Shown piece by piece: positions 8,612 to 15,083 of a stretch of DNA of 16,945 nucleotides. Position 1 is the first letter of the stretch. Each line of letters starts with the position of its first letter. Under the pieces are notes generated by a model, which was not told the DNA's origin, ran no database searches, and was given only the letters and a program-made list of their open reading frames with translations. This DNA comes from Candidatus Iainarchaeum sp. (GTDB lineage: Archaea; Iainarchaeota; Iainarchaeia; Iainarchaeales; JAFCCJ01): positions 1-16,945 of the forward strand of contig JBDRHK010000081.1 of assembly GCA_043816965.1 (NCBI GenBank). Direction: 5' to 3'. Both the position numbers and the translations under genes were made by a program.

Positions 8612-9234
8612 TTTTCAATCCTGTTTAAGTGCCTTTCATTCGAAAAGCCAATCAGATTCATCCACTTTTCGAACTGTTCATGGCCATAAATCTCCAAGTA
8701 ATAGGCGTTCCTACCAGGATAGTTTCTGTTTGAAACAACGAAATATTTGCCCAGTATTTTAACTAATTGGTTGATTAGAGGAACACTTACTATTTGAAGT
8801 GTGATTCTGGGATACGGTTTCGAGTAAGCTCTTCTCCTGTCAAAAAATATGCAGCCATCAGTGTCAAATATTCCTCTAATCGTTGAGAAAATTAAAGATT
8901 CATCTGAATTCATTATTTCACCGGGAATTTTTATATTTTCAGTTTTTCTCTTTTTAGGGAATTCAAAACGGTTTGTTAACATATCATATAAATTTTTTGA
9001 GTAAAATCGCATATCATTAGCATTTTTATTTTTCTTTTTAATGAGAGATCCGTCTAATCCAAACAAGGATTTTGCGTTTCGGTTAAGATATTTAAAATAA
9101 GATTTATCAAGTTCGTTATGCCCGCAAATGCCTACGATAACTCCTCTGTTTGTGTACCCATCTCCAATTAAGGCGCCAATAAACTCGCAAAGATCATTAG
9201 ACAGTTCTTGATTTTCATTAATTTCCTTCCGCAT
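8593..9234 (-). CDS. Free-standing double-motif LAGLIDADG homing-endonuclease-like protein
   Basis: Motifs FIGALIGDG and TIRGIFDTDG; the last codons and stop lie antisense within the tRNA-Thr 3' end. Confidence 0.9.
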   Translation of the reverse strand: MRKEINENQELSNDLCEFIGALIGDGYTNRGVIVGICGHNELDKSYFKYLNRNAKSLFGLDGSLIKKKNKNANDMRFYSKNLYDMLTNRFEFPKKRKTENIKIPGEIMNSDESLIFSTIRGIFDTDGCIFFDRRRAYSKPYPRITLQIVSVPLINQLVKILGKYFVVSNRNYPGRNAYYLEIYGHEQFEKWMNLIGFSNERHLNRIEKALGEI

Positions 9235-9309
9235 CTTAAAATAAGATTTTTAAGAAATAAAAATGATTTCGGGAGTGCGTTTCCGGTGCGGGAAATGAAA
9301 AATAGCGGC

Positions 9310-9345
9310 AGGTCGGGGTCGCGAGTTCAATTCTCGCCAGAGGCT
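9310..9345 (+). pseudogene. Orphan 3' half of a tRNA (Thr-like, positions ~38-73)
   Basis: A-GGTCG-GGGTC-GCGAG-TTCAATT-CTCGC-CAGAGGC-T followed by a T run; intact T arm; no matching 5' half upstream. Confidence 0.8.
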
Positions 9346-9413
9346 TTTGGGCCCCGCTCCAGGCCCCTCAGCAATTCTTAAATACCCCAATGCACTTATA
9401 TTAACTGATTTTT

Positions 9414-10088
9414 ATGGGTATTGAGGATTCACATATTGAGGATTTTGTTGCGAAGTACATTAAGGGAGATTTTGTTGTTGCTGTCGGGACAAGTTTGTTG
9501 GGGAAGGCATTCCTGAACAAACTTGCCTTTGCCGAGGCAGAGAGAGGGGTGAATATCTCAATTATCCCCACCTCGCTGGAAACCGCGGCGATTGCTTCAC
9601 AACTGAAACTAAAGATTGTTTCACTCAATGAGGTGGAGATTGATGTTGCGATTGAATTTGTTGATGCCGTAGATGACAATTACAATTTCATAAAGAGGAA
9701 TTCCTCCTCGCTTGTTAGGGATAAGATGATTGCCCAGAGCGCCGCAACACTTATTGTTGTCACAAAGCACGAGAATTATGTTAAAAAATTGGCCGGGAAA
9801 ATCCCTTTTGAGATTGCCACTTTTGGCTACAAGCGGACACTTAACCAGCTTAACCTTTTGGGCAAGGCAAGGTTAAGGGAAATTAATGGAAAGCCCTACA
9901 AAACCGAAACAAACCACTATCTTGCAGATGTTGATGTTGATGAGATTTACTCTCCTGAAGATTTGGAATATCAGTCAAAGGAAATTCCCGGGGTACTTGA
10001 AACAGGGCTGTTTTTGGGTTATGCTGACAAGATAATCCTGTATGACAAGAATATTGAGGTTAAAAGCAGGACAGAATTTAAGCAGTAA
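9414..10088 (+). CDS. rpiA: Ribose-5-phosphate isomerase A-like protein with degenerate active-site motifs
   Basis: Overall RpiA layout (IPTS..T, RDKMIA, IPFEI, TETNHYLAD, IPGVLETGLF), but the GTGST, DGADE and KGGGG motifs are altered. Confidence 0.8.
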   Translation: MGIEDSHIEDFVAKYIKGDFVVAVGTSLLGKAFLNKLAFAEAERGVNISIIPTSLETAAIASQLKLKIVSLNEVEIDVAIEFVDAVDDNYNFIKRNSSSLVRDKMIAQSAATLIVVTKHENYVKKLAGKIPFEIATFGYKRTLNQLNLLGKARLREINGKPYKTETNHYLADVDVDEIYSPEDLEYQSKEIPGVLETGLFLGYADKIILYDKNIEVKSRTEFKQ

Positions 10089-10122
10089 TTATTATATAGG
10101 AGAATTGTGTTAGTTGATTACA

Positions 10123-10661
10123 ATGAAAATGGAAATAAATTTTGACAGGAAGCCTGTGCTTTTTCTGGCGGTTTTGATTATTGGATTGGCTATTGTTGGT
10201 TTGGCAGTTGCTTACACTAGCGGATGGAGCGGTGATGCGGGGAACCCGGCAACCCCTCCCGTTATTGGGCATAGTGCAGATGAGACAAATGTTTGGGTAA
10301 ATGGAGCAGCAAAAACATTGCAGCAGGCTATTGATGATGGTGATTTAAGGACTTCATTAGGCACATATGTCGGTGCAACAACCCTAATCTATGACGGAAT
10401 CACTATAGGGGGCTATTCTGGAGGCGATGATAAGAGTGTGCGGCACAATTTCCTGAGTCAAGGATGTGTGTGGCTGGGGATTTTGCAAACGGCAGACCGA
10501 CTCAAAGGGGTTGGTATAACTCATTTGTTGACTCAGGGGTTATTAGCAGTGACTGTGAAGGTTGGACAGACAATACTGGACTCACCGCGGGAATCTATTG
10601 GGAAGACTATCCCGGAGTACGGCTTTGCTCACAGTCTGCAAGAATATTATGCTGCCAATAA
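10123..10661 (+). pseudogene. Frameshifted paralogue of the gene at 186; C-terminal Cys-rich domain resembling DUF1554/C-type-lectin-like folds
   Basis: The N-terminus matches the 186..821 product. Removing AG at 10435-10436 joins GGYSGGDDK to CAAQFPESRMCVAGDF...DCEGWT...CSQSARILCCQ*. Confidence 0.75.
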
Positions 10662-10725
10662 AATTGCCCTCAGATAATAAACAACCTATTTAAACGTTTT
10701 TCAGTGGAATTCTTTATCGATTTAG

Positions 10726-10799
10726 GCCGGTGTAGCTCAGCCTGGTAGAGCGTTCGACTCATAATCGAAAGGTAGGGGGTTCAAATCCCCCCACCGGCA
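10726..10799 (+). tRNA. Elongator tRNA-Met(CAT), intronless
   Basis: Acceptor GCCGGTG/CACCGGC, A73, anticodon arm TTCGA-CT-CAT-AA-TCGAA, T arm GGGGG-TTCAAAT-CCCCC. G1-C72 and the lack of three G-C anticodon-stem pairs argue against an initiator tRNA. Confidence 0.95.
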
Positions 10800-10805
10800 A
10801 ACTAC

Positions 10806-10886
10806 ACGGCTATCCCTCACGGAGGACCTGAGGGCTCCGCATACACGACAGCCCCCCTACAGGGGACCTTCTCGGGTTCGCCTCGC
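10806..10886. ncRNA. Unidentified GC-rich structured element downstream of tRNA-Met
   Basis: Several helices: CCCTCA/TGAGGG, CGGAG/CTCCG, GGCT/AGCC and CCCC/GGGG; no ORF. Confidence 0.35.
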
Positions 10887-10922
10887 AATTAATATATACT
10901 AGTTTGGACTTAATTGTGGCTT

Positions 10923-11678
10923 ATGAAAAAGGCAGTTTTAGCGGGCGTATTTATTATTTTATTTCTGATAGCAGGATGCACTGATACTGAAAATCCGGAA
11001 GCTGAATGCACTGAGGAATTATGCGCAGAATTTATGCCTGGGCCACCAACGCTTGAAGAATGTGAAGAGAGCCTTGAAGTTATGATTGCTAAGGATGAGT
11101 TCCATCTGAAAGAAATGATATGGGAGAAGAGAGTTGACGTTATTGATAAATTTAAAGCAAACATGTTGATAAGTGTTTATACTTGGGCCACATCTGGCAA
11201 TGTATATTTAACAAACCCTGAAAAAAACTGGGATGAAGAAATTGACTTATATTTTAAATCGATGTACGGTGTTGGTGTGCCAGGTTCGAGTCAGTTTGCA
11301 AACAGAGTCGCGAACCATTTAGCAGCCCTCTGGTCGATTGAAAACGAAGGCAATGTTAAAATTTCTAGCGAATTTGGTCCAAACGACGGGTTATCTGATT
11401 TAATTTCTGAAACCTTGGATGAACAATATCTAGAGGGCTCTTTTTTCAAATTTGCAGATCCTGATTGCGGGCCCAATAATCCAACAGCATGTTATGCGGG
11501 CTATTACATAATTATCGATGTTACCAAAATGGATCAGGGTAGATTAATGGAACTTGCTTCAATAACTGCAGAAGATAGGATATCGGGCAAAACCGTCAAA
11601 GAAGGGGCTCTTCCAAATGAAAGGATTGAAATTCTTATTCTTGATCCAACTATTGTTGAGATTGCCAAAGAGAAATAA
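10923..11678 (+). CDS. Acidic hypothetical lipoprotein
   Basis: MKKAVL...LIAGC lipobox-type signal peptide; long ORF with paired Cys residues. Confidence 0.8.
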   Translation: MKKAVLAGVFIILFLIAGCTDTENPEAECTEELCAEFMPGPPTLEECEESLEVMIAKDEFHLKEMIWEKRVDVIDKFKANMLISVYTWATSGNVYLTNPEKNWDEEIDLYFKSMYGVGVPGSSQFANRVANHLAALWSIENEGNVKISSEFGPNDGLSDLISETLDEQYLEGSFFKFADPDCGPNNPTACYAGYYIIIDVTKMDQGRLMELASITAEDRISGKTVKEGALPNERIEILILDPTIVEIAKEK

Positions 11679-11689
11679 ATCTAATTTCA

Positions 11690-11869
11690 CTACTTCTGAA
11701 ATTCAAGGATTGCCAGCATTGAAATTACAAATGTAAATGTGGTAAGAACGCCCAATGGAGTGAACATTATTTCAGGAATTGAAACCCCAAAAGCAGAAAG
11801 TAATATGTAGGTAAATTCGAAAAATAATGTCAATGACACAACGTTTAATGCAAATCCAAATGTTCTCAT
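11690..11869 (-). CDS. Small 2-TM membrane protein (59 aa), paralogue of 12245..12439
   Basis: Hand-translated MRTFGFALNVVSLTLFFEFTYILLSAFGVSIPEIMFTPLGVLTTFTFVISMLAILEFQK*; GAGGT RBS; below the ORF-track cutoff. Confidence 0.7.
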   Translation of the reverse strand: MRTFGFALNVVSLTLFFEFTYILLSAFGVSIPEIMFTPLGVLTTFTFVISMLAILEFQK

Positions 11870-11873
11870 TTCA

Positions 11874-12236
11874 TTACCTCATGAAAATGTTGTAGAAAAA
11901 TAAAATTACTATAAAGGAAAGAAACAGCATCAAAGGAACTCTGCTCTTAAGGGCAGGAACCGACTCCGCAAACCCAATAACTGCAATACGGATAATGTAA
12001 CTGATCGAAAGGAATCCTCCAACCAAGAGAACAAATCCCATGGCATCTGCCCACTGGACCGAAGCCCAGAGATATACTGCCATTATAGGGATTCCCAGGA
12101 TCAGCAAATCCTTCCTCACAACATAGTATGCGAGGGTCGCAAATATGAAAACCCACATTAGATTTGCTATAAAGAATTCTATCATAAATGGGATTCCCCC
12201 CTCCCAGAAAAGATGCAATATTCCCCAGAGCGCCAT
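11874..12236 (-). CDS. Small multi-TM membrane protein (120 aa), paralogue of 12441..12803
   Basis: GGTGA RBS before ATG 12236; shares N..W.F.F, GGFL.I.YI..IA..GF.E..P.L and FNI motifs with its paralogue. Confidence 0.8.
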   Translation of the reverse strand: MALWGILHLFWEGGIPFMIEFFIANLMWVFIFATLAYYVVRKDLLILGIPIMAVYLWASVQWADAMGFVLLVGGFLSISYIIRIAVIGFAESVPALKSRVPLMLFLSFIVILFFYNIFMR

Positions 12237-12244
12237 TTTTTCAC

Positions 12245-12439
12245 CTATAATTTTCCTGTGAAGCCATATGTCAGCCATACTGTCTCCAGCATTACCACTG
12301 AAAAAGTTATAATAATCCCCACACTTGAAAAAAGGAAATCACTGAAAATCGGAAAGCCGATGGCAGCAGAGAACAATAGCCCGGCATATACGATTGCCGT
12401 GAACCACAACGCCTTTGAAAATGATTTCAGTATGCTCAT
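12245..12439 (-). CDS. Small 2-TM membrane protein (64 aa)
   Basis: Hydrophobic ORF tightly packed in the operon; similar to 11690..11869. Confidence 0.72.
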   Translation of the reverse strand: MSILKSFSKALWFTAIVYAGLLFSAAIGFPIFSDFLFSSVGIIITFSVVMLETVWLTYGFTGKL

Positions 12440-12440
12440 C

Positions 12441-12803
12441 TTATGCCGCCGCCACTATGTTGAATATAATAAATGTTGCAAGGAAGTGAATCTCACTCAT
12501 TAGGATTACGTTTTTTCCTAGTCCGGGCATTTTCTCAAAAAATCCAAGGAATGCTATTTTTGTTATATAGTAGATTCCGAGGAAGCCGCCCGCAAAAAGA
12601 ATTGCATTTGCTGCAATCTCGAAATCCATCAAAGCCCATGCAAGAATAAAAAGGATTGTTGTGCCAAGGATGACTTTTTTTCCGTCTGTCGCTATGTGCA
12701 CTGTCGCATAGAAAAGGAATAGCCAAAGAATATTGCCCAGAATTAGCTGGATAATCCATGCAATGTCAAGGCTAACCAGATGCGTAAGGAAATCTAAAAG
12801 CAT
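12441..12803 (-). CDS. Small multi-TM membrane protein (120 aa)
   Basis: Hydrophobic ORF with a TATA-like element about 25-30 nt upstream; paralogue at 11874..12236. Confidence 0.8.
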   Translation of the reverse strand: MLLDFLTHLVSLDIAWIIQLILGNILWLFLFYATVHIATDGKKVILGTTILFILAWALMDFEIAANAILFAGGFLGIYYITKIAFLGFFEKMPGLGKNVILMSEIHFLATFIIFNIVAAA

Positions 12804-12850
12804 GCTATATTAATTGCTGAACCGGAGATATTTAATATTAACTATTTAAC

Positions 12851-12876
12851 TAAAATAGGTTAATTTACCTGTTTTA
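12851..12876. promoter_or_regulatory. Inverted repeat between divergent operons (candidate operator)
   Basis: TAAAATAGGT-N6-ACCTGTTTTA, 9 of 10 positions complementary. Confidence 0.35.
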
Positions 12877-12944
12877 TGGCATTTTTCTTCGCCATTTGTC
12901 CCAATATATTTAAAAACTGGAAATCGCTTAATTCTCAGGGTTAG

Positions 12945-13613
12945 ATGGCAGAAACTTTACAATTGCAAAAGTCCAAAAAGAAGGAAAAATTGGGTGAATT
13001 GGCCGATTTCTGGAAGAAAATCAAGCTCAAGGACGAATCTAAAAAACTGACCATGTTTCTGGCCCTTTTGGGAGGGGCAGTTGTGGGAAGGGTTGCCTTG
13101 CAGGCAGTGCCCAGTGTTGAACCTATTATTCCTTTTGCGATTCTTGCAGGTTTGATTTTCGGGATGAAGGAAGGCTTCACTTTGGGTGGGGGCGCCTACA
13201 TAATCTCGAACTTTTTCATCTGGGGATTGCAGGGGCCCTGGACAATTTTCCAGGCAATTGGAGGTGCGCTGGCAGGAGTATTAGGCGGGGCTTATGGAAA
13301 AGTGAGGAAGCCAAAACAGTTTGATTTGATTACACTTACAATTGTAGGAACTGTTATGTTTGAATTTGTAATGAATCTTACCGGGCCGCTGATGGGAATT
13401 GGCTTGTTTGTTGGATTGCTTTCAATCCCGATTTACTTTCTAACATCACTTCCCTTTACAGCAATTCACATTGCTTCAAACATTGTATTTGCAAGGTTAA
13501 TGTATCCATTATTGAAACTGAGGAGGAACGAGGATGAACTCAAAATTGTTAGCGTTAGGCGTGTTGCTGGTGATGGTGACACTAACTACAGGATGTACAG
13601 AGGAAAGCCCTAG
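12945..13613 (+). CDS. ECF transporter S-component (CbrT-like, probably cobalamin)
   Basis: GRVALQAVPSVEP, G...GF..G, ISNFF..G.QGPWT.FQ, SLPF..IH..SN pattern; next to a DUF4430-like gene. Confidence 0.8.
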   Translation: MAETLQLQKSKKKEKLGELADFWKKIKLKDESKKLTMFLALLGGAVVGRVALQAVPSVEPIIPFAILAGLIFGMKEGFTLGGGAYIISNFFIWGLQGPWTIFQAIGGALAGVLGGAYGKVRKPKQFDLITLTIVGTVMFEFVMNLTGPLMGIGLFVGLLSIPIYFLTSLPFTAIHIASNIVFARLMYPLLKLRRNEDELKIVSVRRVAGDGDTNYRMYRGKP

Positions 13614-13923
13614 TGGGGAAATGACAACTGTTTCCATCAGCGTGGATTATTTAGGAACTGATTTGGTTAATGCATCTGTAGAAGTTGCACAGGGGAGCAA
13701 TGGCCTTGATGCAATGAAAAAGGTTACTGAGGTACAGTACCAGGATTCGGCTTACGGTGCATTTGTGCAGGGAATTGGAGGAGTGGAAAGTGATGATTTC
13801 TATTACTGGGCGCTTTATGTGAACGGGAGTTATGCGGATAGGGCGATTGACCAGTATGAAATGGAAGAGGGAATGGAAATCCTCTGGAAATTCGAGGAAA
13901 TCCAGGCTTTCCCAGTAGGTTAG
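13534..13923 (+). CDS. DUF4430/transcobalamin C-terminal-like lipoprotein
   Basis: TTGC lipobox; YGAFVQGIGG, YWALYVNG and I.W motifs. Confidence 0.82.
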   Translation: MNSKLLALGVLLVMVTLTTGCTEESPSGEMTTVSISVDYLGTDLVNASVEVAQGSNGLDAMKKVTEVQYQDSAYGAFVQGIGGVESDDFYYWALYVNGSYADRAIDQYEMEEGMEILWKFEEIQAFPVG

Positions 13924-14796
13924 TTACCTGTTCCTGATGAGCACGTCTTCAGTAATCAGTACAGTCTGATGCCCACTCATAAACTCGGTTTCAAGTTTCC
14001 TGCCATCCATGTGCCATGAATTTGCGATAACATCCCTTACATAATCGCGCCTGTTAAGGGCGCCCTCAACCGAGCCCTTCGCTTTTAATTCCTTGCTAAG
14101 GTTCCCCATTCCCCAGCGAAATGCTGAAAGGGCAAGCGCGAGCTGTATTTCCTCGGGAAGTTCCTGGTATTTCTTTTCCTCCTTCACAAATTTTAATTTT
14201 CTGCCAGAAAGCCCTTTCCTTTGGAGGTCGAGATATCCGCACACGGCCTTTACATTCTCCCTTACGTTGTGAAGGTCGCCTGGCTTAATCCCGGCCTCCT
14301 TCGCAGCCTCATCCTTGAGCTGGCCTATTCCCTTTGCGCCTGCGGAGGAAACCACATAAGGGTCGCCGCTGCTCTCGAAGCAGACTATGCATTTTATGAA
14401 ATTCGGGCGGTAACCTTTTTTTGTGGCCTCTTCCTCAATGGCAGTGTGAATCCACTTCGGTAGTTTGAGGACAGGAATTGTTTTCTCTTTCTTTCCGCGC
14501 ACTATAAAAGTTACTTTCGTCTTCTCATTGAGTTCCATCACCTTTACTTTCTCAAGATGGCGAACGGATTTTGAGGGCTCAAGAATGGTTGCGTTCTCAT
14601 ACCTTTTCCTGAAATCCTCAATCTTTGCCCTTTTAGCCGCCGCATTCGCGGCCTCGGCAGTCAGTCTTTTTCTTCGCAGATAGTATTTCCTTCCGCCAAC
14701 GCCCAGGCCAACTGTACCACCGGCAAGCCCCAATCTCCCCAAAAAGCCAAAAAACCTTCGCCTGGTTATTTCCGGCTGCTTTTTTTTTGCAGGCAT
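13924..14796 (-). CDS. Lytic transglycosylase (SLT)-domain protein with twin-arginine-like N-terminus
   Basis: ITRRRFFGFL followed by a Gly-rich hydrophobic stretch; FESSGDP (catalytic Glu), SSAGAKGIGQL, ENV....YL, and ALSAFRWG (variant of AYNxG). Alternative start at 14805. Confidence 0.85.
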   Translation of the reverse strand: MPAKKKQPEITRRRFFGFLGRLGLAGGTVGLGVGGRKYYLRRKRLTAEAANAAAKRAKIEDFRKRYENATILEPSKSVRHLEKVKVMELNEKTKVTFIVRGKKEKTIPVLKLPKWIHTAIEEEATKKGYRPNFIKCIVCFESSGDPYVVSSAGAKGIGQLKDEAAKEAGIKPGDLHNVRENVKAVCGYLDLQRKGLSGRKLKFVKEEKKYQELPEEIQLALALSAFRWGMGNLSKELKAKGSVEGALNRRDYVRDVIANSWHMDGRKLETEFMSGHQTVLITEDVLIRNR

Positions 14797-14806
14797 AAAA
14801 ATCATT

Positions 14807-14872
14807 TCTCAGAACTCATAATCTTCGTCATTGTACCCGAAGGGTACTCCGCACTCAGCCTGTTCATCATCA
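14807..14872 (-). ncRNA. Box C/D 2'-O-methylation guide sRNA targeting elongator tRNA-Met (sR-tMet-like)
   Basis: On the minus strand: C box ATGATGA, 12-nt guide, D' CGGA, hairpin GTACC-CTTCG-GGTAC, C' TGACGA, 12-nt guide, D CTGA. TATA-like TTTAAATA about 26 nt upstream. Both guides are complementary to the tRNA-Met at 10726. Confidence 0.9.
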
Positions 14873-14934
14873 ATTGATAAGATTTAAGTAGTTATCCTAT
14901 TTAAAATTAATTTGCGGATTCTTGCCCAATTGGC

Positions 14935-14994
14935 TGCCCCGATAGTCTAGAAACCTTTTTTAAAAAGGTTTACCAAAAAATTGACTATCGGTGC
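14935..14994 (+). repeat. 16-bp direct copy of the tRNA-Glu 5' end, a 21-bp palindrome and an inverted copy
   Basis: TGCCCCGATAGTCTAG at 14935-14950 equals 15008-15023; AAACCTTTTT-T-AAAAAGGTTT at 14951-14971; GACTATCGGTGC at 14983-14994. Confidence 0.85.
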
Positions 14995-15008
14995 TTTATC
15001 GGCATTAT

Positions 15009-15083
15009 GCCCCGATAGTCTAGCCCGGTCAAGGACACAGCCCTCTCAAGGCTGAAACCCGGGTTCAAATCCCGGTCGGGGCA
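15009..15083 (+). tRNA. tRNA-Glu(CTC)
   Basis: Acceptor GCCCCGA/TCGGGGC, anticodon arm CAGCC-CT-CTC-AA-GGCTG, T arm CCGGG-TTCAAAT-CCCGG. Confidence 0.96.

Noticed and set aside
8538..9345. LAGLIDADG as an ORF inside a tRNA intron
   Set aside because: The upstream tRNA is already complete, and its 5' half cannot pair with the downstream 3' half in the acceptor or anticodon stems.
10437..10661. Diversity-generating retroelement target (lectin-like C-terminus)
   Set aside because: No reverse transcriptase and no template repeat with adenine-specific differences were seen in the window.
10840..10870. ACAGCCCCC-CTACAG resembling part of a cobalamin riboswitch; CCCCTGTAGGGG resembling SRP helix 6
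   Set aside because: The other required elements are absent (GGGAA, T-loop and B12 box; SRP helix 8 GGAA/AGCA).
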